DNA of 64,000 bases from Mobula hypostoma. Its lineage: Eukaryota. A model generated the notes under the pieces. The model was given only the letters and a program-made list of their open reading frames with translations, did not search any database and was not told the origin of the DNA. The stretch lies in the NCBI RefSeq assembly GCF_963921235.1, contig NC_086097.1, positions 110,858,001 through 110,922,000 on the forward strand, read 5' to 3'. The position numbers and the translations under genes are program-made. This document shows positions 1 through 11,544 of the stretch, piece by piece (position 1 is the first letter of the stretch; the number at the start of each line of letters is the position of its first letter).

Positions 1-200
1 TCTCCCAATCTACCTCACTAATATACAAGAGGCCACACCGGAAGCAGCAAACTGGGTATATGACCTCAACAGTGTTGCCTCACCTGGAAGGACTGTTTGG
101 GGCCCTGAATGGTAGTGAGGGAGGAGGTGTAGGGGCAGGTGAAGCACTTATTCCACTTGCAAGGATAAGTGCCAGGAGGGAGATCAGTGGGGAAGGAATA
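1..200 (-). mobile_element. Penelope-like element fragment (GIY-YIG region)
   Basis: Homologous to 37790-38010 (cacctggaaggactgtttggggccctgaatgg...gtgccaggagggagatcagtgggg). Confidence 0.8.
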
Positions 201-1367
201 CAATATTTGCTTGGTGTGGGAGTTAGAAGGTGGTAGTTGATGGTTGCTTTTCAGATTGGAGCCCTTTGTCCACTGCTATGCTGCAGGGATCAGTGCTGAG
301 TCCCATGATTTTGTCATCAATATTAACAATTTGGATGAGAACATAGTTACCAGATGATATTTGGTAAGTTTGCAGATAATATCAATCATTGGTGATTCAG
401 AAGTCAGCAAAGTAAGTTCTCTAGGATTATAACATGGGAGTTCCCAACCTGGGGTCCATGGACTCCTTGATTAATGGTATTGTTACATGGCATAAATAAA
501 GGCTGTGATGGCCATTATTTAAGTTTCCTGTAATTTGATTGTTAGTGGGCTGACTCACTTGGTCTGCCTTCTTCTTTTCTCTGTGACCAGCAATCGTGAA
601 CGCTCGCCTGCATTTTACCAGACACACGCTGGGCTCCAAGCTCATTCTACATTTGCATTCCAGGAGACAGGAATGACCAGAATCCTGGCTACTGGGTGCA
701 TTTATGAGACACACTGTAACTATGTTTCAACTTTGTAAAAATCCTTCTGAAGAAATAAAACTCACTCAGTGTGTTGAAAATACCCTATGTTATGAAAAGT
801 TCACTCCCCGAGTGTTCCAATCTCCCTCCAAAATCAAGTTTCAAATCCCTAATTTGTGTATTCCCAAATCACCAATTTCTTCGAAAATGTGGGTGTCTAT
901 TTAATATTTCAATAATATTTGAGAAATCAGTAGGTCCAGCATCGTGGGGACATGATAGGCTGAAACAACTATAACTTGATTGGGGATCCATCCACAACTT
1001 GCATACCACATCCCCTGCAATGAAGCCATCTGGGACTCAATTGTGAAAAGTACCATATAACCACATAACAATTACAGCACGGAAACAAGCCATCTCGACC
1101 CTTCTAGTCCGTGCCGAACTCTTACTCTCACCTAGTCCCACCGACCTGCACTCAGCCCATAACCCTCCTTGCCTTTCCTGTCCATATATCTATCCAATTT
1201 AGCTTTAAATGACAACATCGAACCTGCCTCAACCACTTCTGCTGGAAGCTCGTTCCACACAGCTACCACTCTCTGAGTAAAGATGTTCCCCGTCATGTTA
1301 CCCCTAAACTTTTGCCCTTTAACTCTCAACTCATGTCCTCTTGTTTGAATTGTTAATTGTTGAATTG

Positions 1368-1643
1368 TGGGAGGGGGAGGGGGAGATCCAAAATGATAGG
1401 AGAAATCAGGAGGGGGAGGGATAGAGCCAAGAGCTGGACAGTTCATTGGCAAAAGGGATATGAGAGGATCCCACTTTCAAATCTCTTACTAGCTCTTCTT
1501 TCAGTTAGTCCTGATGAAGGGTCTCGGCCCGAAACGTCAACTGTACCTCTTTCTAGAGATGCTGCCTGGCCTGCTGCATTCACCAGCAACTTTGATGTGT
1601 GTTGCTTGAATTTCCAGCATCTGCAGATTTCCTCATGTTTGTG
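1368..1643 (+). mobile_element. Penelope pseudo-LTR fragment with an inverted 5' segment
   Basis: 1368-1470 matches 37308-37410 in the same orientation; 1471-1643 is the reverse complement of 37140-37310. Confidence 0.8.
1506..1543 (+). ncRNA. Minimal type I hammerhead ribozyme motif
   Basis: tagtc CTGATGA a gggtctcggccc GAAA cGTC aactg: catalytic core, stem II, palindromic stem III, stem I with one mismatch. Confidence 0.75.
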
Positions 1644-2567
1644 TTCCTATACTCAATGCTCTGATTTATAAAGGCCACCATACCAAAAGCTTTCTTCACC
1701 ACCCTATCCACATGAGATTCCACCTTCAGGGAACTATGCACCATTATTCCTAGATTCCTCTGTTCTACAGCATTCTTCAATGCCCTACCATTTACCATGT
1801 ATGTCCTATTTTGATTAGTCCTACCAAAATGTAGCACCTCACATTTATCAGCATTAAACTCCATCTGCCATCTTTCAGCCCACTCTTCTAACTGACTTAA
1901 ATCTCTCCGCAAGCTTTGAAAACCTACTTCATTATCCACAACGCCACCTATCTTAGTATCATCTGCATACTTACTAATCCAATTTACCACCCCATCATCC
2001 AGATCATTAATATATATGACAAACAACATTGGACCCAGTACAGATCCTTGAGGCACACCACTAGTCACCGGCCTCCAATCTGACAGTTATCCACCACTGC
2101 TCTCTGGCATCTCCCATCCAGCCACTGCTGAATCCATTTTACTACTTCAATATTAATACCTAACGATTGAACCTTCCTAACTAACCTTCCATGTGGAACC
2201 TTGACAAAGGCCTTACTGAAGTCCATATAGACAACATCCACCACTTTACCCTTGTCAACTTTCTTAGAAGCATCTTCAAAAAATTCAATAAGATTTGTCA
2301 AACATGACTTTCCACACACAAATCCATGTTGACTGTTCCTAATCAGACCCTGTCTATCCAGATAATTGAATATACCATCTCTAAGAATACTTTCCATCAA
2401 TTTATCCACCACTGACGTCAAACTCACAGGCCGATAATTGCTAGGTTTACTGTTAGAACCCTTTTTAAACAATGGAACAACATGAGCAATACGCCAATCC
2501 TCCGGCACCATCCCCGTTTCTAAAGACATTTGAAATATTTCTGTCAGAGCCCCTGCTATTTCCACAC

Positions 2568-3402
2568 TGTTACGTACCCCGTAACTGGGTTGCCAAACCA
2601 GCAGAAATGGAACGCTCGTTGGAGTCTGGATTACTAGGAACTAATAAAGTTTTATTAATGAAATAAGTAATGCAGTACACTAATAGTAAGGATATAAATG
2701 TAACAGGTTAGCAATGATAATATACACGTATACACAGAAATAGGGTAATAGGAATCAACCAAGCTCTATCGCAGTCTAGGGGTAAAATGATCAGTCTTAA
2801 GTGAAGCAGAGTTCAGTTCAGTTTAGTGCAGTTCGCAGTAATCGCTGTTGTCGTACCATTGGAGAGGGAGAGAGAGAGAGAGATGCAATTTGGTTTCGGC
2901 AGACCTTTTTGATGTCTTTGCAGTTGGTTTCAGGCAGACCCTTTGATGTCTTCTAATCCCGCTGTGGTCACCAACTATGACCCCTCCGTTCCAGATATGA
3001 TCGTTCTTCCGCAGTGAACCTGGCACCTAGGCAAGGGCGGACACACACCCCAGGTTCCCACCGATCGTACCTTTACGCCCTGTGAGCCTCTGGTCGGTTT
3101 CCGCGAACTGGACCTCCAAACTCCCACCAACTTGTGGGGGCACACTACTCTTTCCAGGGTATCCTGGTGTCGTGCCTTAGCAAACCTGCTCCTTTTACCC
3201 CCCTGCTGGGGTACCACCTGTCCATCAAACTTCAAACAGTTCAGGTTCAAATAAACCAGTCTGTCAATAGCTGAATTGTGTTTCTTTCCCGTTAATCCCT
3301 CTCTTCTCCCTTATTAGCATTTTGAATGTTTTTCCATTGTCTTTCTTATCTCTCTCATTAGCATCATCAGTCCGGTAGCTCTGCTGAGCGTCACACATGA
3401 CA
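2568..3402 (-). mobile_element. Solo LTR (835 bp) inserted in CR1
   Basis: TGTTA...TGACA termini with acac/ccac flanks. The CR1 text (cctgctatttccacac|taacttccctcaag) rejoins when it is removed. Confidence 0.8.
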
Positions 3403-3645
3403 CCACTAACTTCCCTCAAGGTCCTAGGGAATATCCTGTCAGGACCTGACGATTTATCCACTTTTATATTCCTTAAAAGCGCCAGTACATCCTCTTCTTT
3501 AATCATCATAGTTTCCATAACTACCCTACTTGTTTCCCTTACCTTACACAATTCAATATCCTTCTCCTTAGTGAATACCAAAGAAAAAATTTGTTCAAAA
3601 TCTCCCCCATCTCTTTTGGCTCCGCACATAGCTGTCCACTCTGGA

Positions 3646-4262
3646 TGATGCCACAACTGTCTCCATGCTGTACACCGTGAATCATTGCCCAATAGAAGAC
3701 AAACAGTTGTTGGTGCCAACCTCTGTGCCTCTGGTTGGAAAGCATATTAGACCAAGGAAGGATCATGCTGCTCAGAGGAAGTATGCACGTGACAAAAGCA
3801 ATGGTCAATTACAACAGTATGTGTAGGCAACATATCTGAGAAAGCTTCTGATATGTTAGTCAGGCAGTTACTTGCAAAAGATGGCTTGGTTTTAAGCTGG
3901 AAGAGAGTTCAAGGAGCTTCAGGAAAGTTGCAAGCATTCAACTTTTGTGAGTACAAAGAACCAGAATCTACCCTGCATGCATTAAGGTTATTGAATGAAT
4001 GTCAAGTGACAGACAAAAGGCTGCTTGTGAAAATAGATGGAAAGACCAAAGCCCAGCTGGATGAATGGAAGGCCAAAAAGAAAGGAGTCAATGGAGATAC
4101 AGAAACAGAGAATTTGTCAGTTGATGTTGTGGATGAGGATGCCAAGAAGGAAGATCAGATCATAAAGGGAGCGATAGCTGGATTAATAAGTGAACTAAAT
4201 GCATCATCCCGAGATCAAGAAGCACAAACTAGAAGGAGAAAAAGAAAAAAAGAAGAAATTTG
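3646..4262 (+). pseudogene. RBM25: Processed, truncated RBM25 fragment (Pro-rich N-terminal part, RRM, start of charged region)
   Basis: LVPTSVPLVGKHIRPRKDH, then a frameshift, then TTVCVGNISEKASDMLVRQLLAKDGLVLSWKRVQGASGKLQAFNFCEYKEPESTLHALRLL...KTKAQLDEWKAKKK. No introns, no poly-A. Confidence 0.9.
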
Positions 4263-4672
4263 GCTACCACTGTCAGAACCAGTTCCTGCAGTCCCAGAGT
4301 CAACTCCTACAACCACCATGGAGGAAACCTCCAGAACCTGAGATAGTTTTCACAGCCACAAGTCTCATCTGCCAAGCAGAGTGATCTTCCTTGTCAGAAA
4401 AGACATTATCCTGGAAGAGGAAGAAATCCTCCACGGCAATCAAATCTTTAGACCTGAATGGGACAATGTAAATATTTGCTTTGTTATGGATGCCTGTATA
4501 TAACAATTGTATTATATAATATACTGTGTTTATAGCTGAGATGCATTCTATATTGAGTTGGAGTTTATAGCTAAGCAGGAAGGAGTGTTGTGAATTTAAT
4601 ATTTCAATGATATTTCAGTAATCTTGTATAGATATTGTTTGATTAAGCATTCATGCTTGTTTAAATAATTAA

Positions 4673-5243
4673 TGTAATGCGCTGTAAGGTTTCACTGCTA
4701 ATGTGATAGCCTCTCTGTAATGTTTCACTGCTAAGGTAATGGTTTCTCTGTAGCAGCAATGTTTGGGTTATGATTAGAGATAAGGGGGCTTTGGAATGTA
4801 TGCTAGCCAATGAGACGCATGTTGTTCTTTCTTGTGGGTCTGGGAGCAGGTCTTTTGTCGGCAAGAAATGAAGAGAGAAGACGCGAATAGCAAGAGTTGG
4901 TAGGCCGCCAGATGGAATGGACTAGAAGTAACGGTTCAAAGGTCAGCGACACTCAGAGAAGGTTGATGGGGAACGACTGGATGTATCTGTGAGCTCCAAC
5001 ATGCACATTAAACTGATTCATTAAAATGGGCCCTTTTTCTTTGTATTTTCTAACCCGATAGTCAAAGTAAGATTTATAAAGCTCAATCGTTAAATTGCAT
5101 ACGGTGTACTGATATTTTGTGGTTCGGATTTGTAACCGGACAACACATCACGCAGCATCCACACCAACGAGATTTTTCAGTTTGGCTGGGCCAGAGGCTG
5201 CCTTCCCCTAGGCAAAAGCGTGCTGGCGAACCTGAGGGTTACA
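4673..5243. mobile_element. Solo LTR nested in the Gypsy LTR
   Basis: TGTAA...TTACA termini; flanks ttaa/ttag (imperfect 4-bp TSD). Confidence 0.7.
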
Positions 5244-5317
5244 TTAGTTATGGGTTATATTAAAAATTACATTAATTGCATACATTATCATTATCATTAT
5301 ATGTGCATGCCTCACTA

Positions 5318-5833
5318 AAGGCTGATTTATACTTCTGTGTCAAATGGACATCGTAATCTACGCAAGTGGCCTACGCGCATTGTGAGCATTTATACCTGTG
5401 CGTTGGTGTGTCTGCGTCGCTCTGCAATTCGGGCACATCGCGCATGCACACACACCTGCCCAAGCAAGGCTTCATGGTTTTGGTAGTCTTACTCAAGGTA
5501 AACAAGTTTAAAGCGAGTGTCTTTTTTCGTAAAAGCAAAATGTGTCCTCCATAATTTCGGAGAACTGTAAAGCTTTATGGAAATTATGACAGCCAGAGTT
5601 CCCTCCCTGCCCTTCGGTCGCCCAGAGGGAAGCTATTGCAGCGTAGGAGGAAATGCGATGCTACCAAGCGGACCAATACAGTTGTTGCGGTCTGCATTGC
5701 CATGACACGTAGTTACATTTTGGGAGAGGTGCCTGTCAGGCTACGGCATAGGGATCCACATAGGCTCTGCGTAGGGTTCGCGGCTACGCCGTACTTACGG
5801 CGTTGATTTGACGCAGAAGCATAAATCAGCCTT
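5318..5833. mobile_element. MITE with ~28-bp TIRs (possibly PIF/Harbinger-type)
   Basis: aaggctgatttatacttctgtgtcaaat versus atttgacgcagaagcataaatcagcctt (2 mismatches), flanked by TA. Confidence 0.8.
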
Positions 5834-6199
5834 TACAGTAGAAGACAATGTTACACCCATATTTTGGACCCCCGTCTTCATTTGTATTAATTTAATATTT
5901 TGAAGTTACAAAACATAATAATGGGCTTCCATATCCAGGATAGAGATGCACAGATTTCCATCATCTTAACTCATGGCCAGCGTGGAATCTGGGTCTCTCT
6001 CTAAAATTATAAAGAAACAAACTTAAACCACAGACAAGACAAACAAAAATCCACACTTGTACTTTGTTTCCTTCAGACCCTTCACAAGTAACTGCAAAAT
6101 TTAGAACAAACAGTGAATATCCACGGTAAAAGACTTTAACACATTTTTCAAAGAACAAAGGACAACATTAACACTTTTCAAAAACTCTTAAATGCACAG

Positions 6200-6394
6200 A
6201 CAACATGAACTCTGCAGATGCTGGAAATTCAAGCAACACACATCAAAGTTGCTGGTGAAGGCAGCAGGCCAGGCAGCATCTCTAGGAAGAGGTACAGTCG
6301 ACGTTTCAGGCCGAGAGGGTCTTGGCCTGAAACGTCGACTGTACCTCTTCCTAGAGATGCTACCTGGCCTGCTGCGTTCACCAGCAACTTTGAT
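6200..6394. mobile_element. Foldback mini-Penelope element (two inverted pseudo-LTR ends)
   Basis: About 75-bp inverted arms at 6242-6316 and 6320-6394. TSD cttaaatgcacag (6187-6199) / ctcaagtgcacag (6395-6407). Confidence 0.85.
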
Positions 6395-6614
6395 CTCAAG
6401 TGCACAGCCTCTTAAAAGATCTCCTGGAAATTTATTCCACAGTGTACCAAAATATTTCAGTTGGTCACCTTTTCTGCTGAAGTAGAGGATTAATTCAAAC
6501 TTCCAATATTGATTGAGCAAACTCATGACAGTCTTTACACTCACTCACTCAGATACTCTCTCTCAGGTAAACTCACATGTGGCCATAACTCATGCAACAT
6601 TTGAAACATACAGA

Positions 6615-7059
6615 ACAAGAGAAGAAGCAGGATATCCCAGTGGCCACTCATCTTAATTCCACTTCCTATATGTCCATCCATGGCCTCCTCCACTGCCGTG
6701 ATGATGCCACACTTAGGTTGGAGGAACACCACCTTATATACCGTTTGGGCAGCCTCCAACCTGATGGCATGAACATCAATTTCTCAAACTTCCGGTATGC
6801 CCCCCAACACCACCCCCCCCCATTTCCCTCATTCACCTCACCTCACCAATCAACTTCCCAGCTCGGTATTTCATCCCTCCCCCTCCAGGTTTCACCTATC
6901 ACCTTATGTGTCTCTCTCCTCTCGCCCCACCTCTTAAATCTACTCCTCAGCTTTTTTCTCCAGTCCTGCCGAAGGGTTTTGGCCTGAAATGTCAACTGCA
7001 CCATTTTCCATAGATGCTGCCTGGCCTGTTGAGTTGCTCCAGCACTTTTTGTGTGTTGC
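6615..7059 (+). mobile_element. 5'-truncated Penelope-like element (GIY-YIG C-terminus plus pseudo-LTR)
   Basis: PVATHLNS...LRLEEHHLIYRLGSLQPDGMN. Perfect 15-bp TSD tttgaaacatacaga at 6600-6614 and 7060-7074. Confidence 0.9.
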
Positions 7060-7229
7060 TTTGAAACATACAGACCACTCAGACTTTAAACTATTTCAGA
7101 AATGGCTTGCTCTTAAGAGCTAAACCTTTACCAAAATATTAGTCAGCTGTGCTATTTTACCCAAGCACCCCACCACAGTTCAGCCAGTCCACAATCCTCT
7201 GGTGGGTCCAAGCTTGTGACCAAGGCACC

Positions 7230-8290
7230 CTTACAAAGTGCTTTGGTTCCTTCCTCTACCATGCCCACTCCTCCCAAGACTTTAAATGCCATTTGAGAAG
7301 GGAGAGATACCTAACCTTAATCATCACTGTAATTTGATCCCATAAAGATTTAATTGATCATTCCCTCAGGAAGCAGGTGTTGTTTATCGCCTGATGGGAT
7401 GTCAGACCCCCTCCCACTGTTCCCTCCAGGTACCCATCTCTCTATTAGATAAAATCACTCCAGCAACTACCCCCATCCACACCCCCAGATCCCATATCCT
7501 CAGTACCTAGAGGCTCCCTCGGTTTTTGTCTATATCTATCACCCAATTCCACCAGCTCCTTAGTGGAAAGCTCTCCAGTCATTGTCATCTCAGAGGGCCC
7601 ATCATACTGTCCACTGCACGTACCTCTTCCTCATCTTGTCCCGGGGGCTGGGCTGAAAACCCCCATGGTTGTGGAATGATGAGGTCACCAGTCTAGACTG
7701 CACTGCTTCTGTTGCATAAAGAGGGGGGCAGTCATTTAGGGGGGGAATTACAGGTCTGTCCTCTAACCCCTCTTCTGCATTGACTCTATCGAGTCAGATA
7801 TCCTCATCCCCCATCCACGTGTTGGGATTCTCTCTCCACAGCATCAAGGCTCAGACCTTAACAGAGTCCATCTGCCAATTAGCCATTTGGGCAGCCTCTA
7901 ATTGCAGGACTTTTACAAGCCGAAAGGCTACTTCAGTACCCTTGTCCACCAGTTCTTTAGCCCTGGCCTGTGCCGACTGGGCAGCCTCCCTTATGGTGAT
8001 ACAGTACTGAATCACCTCTTCCAGCTCATTGTAAGTCTTTCTATTTCTGTTCTTTCCATGAAATCAACTCACACTGTTGCTTTACAATGGCCGGCAGCAG
8101 CCAAAAAGCTCTCCTCTGGCTCCCCTTCTGCGCTGGGAACCCTACCTTAATCAACATGGACATGATGTGCTATCCCTTTTTTACCCTGACAGCTTGTCTG
8201 ACCAGCCCACTGGAGCAGCAAGTAGGTTGTCTCGACTTCCAAATCATCATATTGTTATCAGTCCAGCCTGGGATCCACACACCACCTGAT
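7230..8290 (-). mobile_element. Degraded endogenous retrovirus gag relic, ERV-L/Fv1-like (class III)
   Basis: Frameshifted translation: ELSTKELVELGDRYRQKPREPL/VLRIWDLG...GVILSNREMG...LWDQITVMIKVRY...EEGTKAL. Resembles the recalled ERV-L capsid motifs 'ELxxLxxxYRQKPGExxxxWxLRxWDxG' and 'SLW...RYP...EEGI'. Confidence 0.6.
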
Positions 8291-8364
8291 GCAGGCACAC
8301 ATGAAAGTTGTCATCAAAATGATGGAAATGATGTGTACATATTTGCCCTATTAATGAGAGACCT

Positions 8365-8815
8365 TGCCAAATATATTACGGAAATCCAAGTACACAACAT
8401 CCACTGTTCTATTACTTTCAACATGTCCTTGGAAAAATTCAGCCACAACTTGCCCTACACAAAACCATGTTCACTGTCCCCAATTTGCAAACAGCTTTTC
8501 CAAATGCCCATATATCCTATCCCTAAGAATCATTTCCATTAAATTCCCTATCACTGACATGAGACTCGCTAATCTGTAATTTCCAGGATTATTCACATTT
8601 GCCGCCCAGAATAATCGAACAACATTAACTTTTTACCAGTCCTCTGGAACATCATCGATGGCTAGAGAAGACATAAAGATCTTGGTCAAGGCCCCAGGCA
8701 TGTCGCCTCTTGCCTCGTTCAGTAACTGGAGTAAAGCCCATCAGGCCTGGGGATAGCCACCATAATGCTCTTTTAGGGACCTAACGCCATCTCCTATATC
8801 TCAAACCGCCCTAGG
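8365..8815 (-). mobile_element. Old CR1 ORF2 fragment
   Basis: Reverse-complement similarity to the RT region of other CR1 copies in the window. Confidence 0.65.
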
Positions 8816-8819
8816 ACTG

Positions 8820-10440
8820 GGATGGAAAGATAAGAGAAACTTGGATGTCCAGAGAGGTGATGAATTTAGTCAAAAAGAAAAAGGGAAAGCTTCGGAATTT
8901 AGGATCAAACAGAGCACACAAGGATTACAAAGAAGCCAGAAAAGAACTAGGAAGGGAATTAGGAAAGCAAGGAGGGGCCATGGAAATAACTTGGCAAGTA
9001 GTATTAAAGTGAATCCAAGGCATTCTGTACATACATCGAGAGCAAGAGGATAACTAGGGAGAGGGTGGGACCACTCAAGGATAAAGAGGGTTGGATGCTT
9101 GGATGCAGAGAATGTGAGTGAGGTACTTAATAAGAACTTTTCTTCAGTGTTTACCATGGAAAAGGACATGGAGGATCAGGAGATCAGTGCTGAATGTATT
9201 AATATGTTAGGGCATTTAGAGGTCAAGGCAGAGGAAGTGTGGGGCCTCCTAATGAGTATTAAGGTGGTTAAGTCCCCAGGGCCTGATGGCATTTACCCCA
9301 GGTTATTGAGGGAGGCAAGAGACAAGATTGCTGGAGCCCAACCAGTATCTTTGTGTTCTCTCTACCTACAGGTGAGGTCCCGCAGGACTGGCAAGCGGCT
9401 AACGTTGTACCTCTATTTAAGAAGGGAACAAGAGCAAGTCCTAGAAACTTCAGACTGGTGGGTCTCACATAAGTTGTAGGGAAATAGCTGGAGGAGATTT
9501 TTAGGGATAGGATCCATGCGCATTTGTAAATCCATGGCCTAATTAAGGAGAGGCAGCGTGGGCTTCTGTAGGGCAAGTCATGTCTTACCAACTTGATTGT
9601 GTTTTTTGAAAAGGTGATGAGAGATATTAATGAAGGTGGGGCAGTGGATGTTGTCTACGTGGATTTTAGTAAGACATTTGACAAAGTCCCTCATGGGAGG
9701 CTAATCCAGAAGATTAAGATGCATGGGGTCCACGTCAAATTGGCTTGCTCATAGAAGACAGAGTGTAGTGGTTGAAGGGACTTACTCGAGCTGGAGGTCT
9801 GCAGTTAGAGATCTGTGCTGGGACTTCTGTTTGTGATGTATATAAATTACCTGGATGAAAATGTGGATGGCTGGGTTTGAGGATTATACCACAATTGGTG
9901 GAGAATGTAGAAGAATGGCAAAGAATACATCAGGATATAGATCAGTTGCAGACATGGGCAGAGAAATGGCAGATGGAATTTAACCCAGGTAAATGTGAGG
10001 TGCTGAACCTTGGTAGGGCAAATGCAAGGAGACAGGACACTGTTAAGGGGAAGACCCTTAACAGTGTTGCTGAGCAGAGAAATATTGGGGTCCAAATCAT
10101 AACTCCATGAGAGGCATAGACAGAGTAGACAGGGAGTACCTGTTTCCCAGGGTAGAAAAGTTGAATACCGGAGGGTGTGTGTTGAAGGTGAGAGGGGGTA
10201 GGTTCAAAGGGGATAAGTTTTTTTACTCAGAGACTCGTTGATGCCTGGAACCTGCTGCCTGTTATGGTCATAGAGGCTTTGAAGAGTTGTTTAGATAGGT
10301 ACATGAGTATGAGGAAGATGGAGTGATATGGACATTGTGCAGATAGGAGGGATTAGCCTTTCACGGGTTTTTGATTCACTTTTTTGCTGGTCTGGCACAA
10401 TATTTTGGGCCTAAGGGCTTGTTCTATATTAGCCTGCTCC
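8820..10440 (+). mobile_element. Degraded CR1 LINE
   Basis: LNKNFSSVFT, KSPGPDGIYPRLLREA and WAEKWQMEFNPGKC motifs. Confidence 0.85.
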
Positions 10441-10539
10441 ACCCTGATCTCACTATCCTTTCTATCCTCTCTCCTTGGTAAATACCAATGCAAAGCACTC
10501 ATTTAGGACCTCACACACATCCTCAGCTTTGAAGCACAT

Positions 10540-11540
10540 CAGAATCAGGTTTATTATCACCAGCATGTGACATGAAATTTGTTAACAGCTGCAAAAGTTC
10601 AATGCAATACATAACATAGAAGAAAATCAATCAATTTCAATAAATGTATGTTGAATTGATTAAAAAACATGCAAAACACAGAAATACGGTATATTAAAAA
10701 AAGTGAGGTAGTGTTCACAGGTTCAATGTCCATTTAGGAATCGGATGGCAGAGGAGAAGAAGCTGTTCCTGAATCGCTGAGTGTGTGCCTTCAGGCTTCT
10801 GTACCTCCAACCCAATGGTAGCAATGAGAAAAGGGCAAGCCCTGAGTGCTGGAGGTCCTTAATAATGGACGCTGCCTTTTTGAGACACCGCTCCCTAAAG
10901 ATGTCCTGAGTACTTTGTAGGCTAGTACCCAAGATGGAGCTGACTAGATTTACAACCCTCTGCAGCTTCTTTCGGTCCTGTGCAGAAGACTCCCCCCCCC
11001 CGCCCCCATACCAGACAGTGATGCAGCCTGTCAGAATGCTCTCCATGGTACAACTGTAGAAGTGTTTGAGTGTATTTGTTGACATGCCATATCTCTTCAA
11101 ACTCCTAATGAAGTATAGCCGCTGTCTTGCCTTCTTTATAACTGCATTGATATGTTGGGATCAGATTAGATCCTCAGAGATTTTGACATCCAGGAACTTA
11201 AAACTGCTCACTCACTCCACTTCTGATTCCTCTATGAGGATTGGTATGTGTTCCTTTGTCTTACCCTTCCTGAAGTCCACAATTAGCTCTTTTGTCTTCC
11301 TGACATTGAGTGCCAGGTTGTTGCTGTGGCACCACTCCACTAGTTGGCATATAGTTCACTCCTGTAGGTCCTCTTGTCACCACATGAGAATCTACCAACA
11401 ATGGTTGTATTGTCAGCAAATTTGTAGATGGTTTTTGAGCTATGCCTAGCCACACAGTCATGTATATATAGAGAGTAGAGCAGTGGGTTAAGCACACATC
11501 CCTGAGGTGCACCAGTGTTGGTCGTCAGTGAGGAGGATAA
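10540..11540 (-). mobile_element. Rex1/Babar-clade LINE 3' part
   Basis: TGAPQGCVLNPLLYSLY, KFADNTT, FYSCTMESILTGCITVWYG and RFRNSFF motifs. Confidence 0.85.
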
Positions 11541-11544
11541 ATTA

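Larger units (their letters stand above)
1055..3643 (-). mobile_element. 5'-truncated CR1 LINE (ORF2 RT), interrupted by a Penelope piece and a solo LTR
   Basis: NYRPVSLTS, QHGF, DFSKAF, SGVPQGSVLGP and KYADD motifs. 3' microsatellite tail near 1055. Confidence 0.9.
4263..5920 (+). mobile_element. Gypsy-like LTR retrotransposon 3' remnant (pol tail, PPT, 3' LTR 4586-5920, interrupted twice)
   Basis: P/E/T-rich tail ending RHYPGRGRNPPRQSNL*, typical of Gypsy integrase C-termini. Purine tract aagcaggaaggag at 4573-4585, then TGTTGTG...CATAATA termini. Confidence 0.65.

Noticed and set aside
505..700. Unique-looking stretch with a minus-strand GTGAGT donor at ~553-558 as a possible exon
   Set aside because: No convincing acceptor and no recognisable protein in any frame.
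3853..4341. Functional RBM25 gene
   Set aside because: Intronless, frameshifted upstream, missing the C-terminal region including the PWI domain, and fused to TE sequence.
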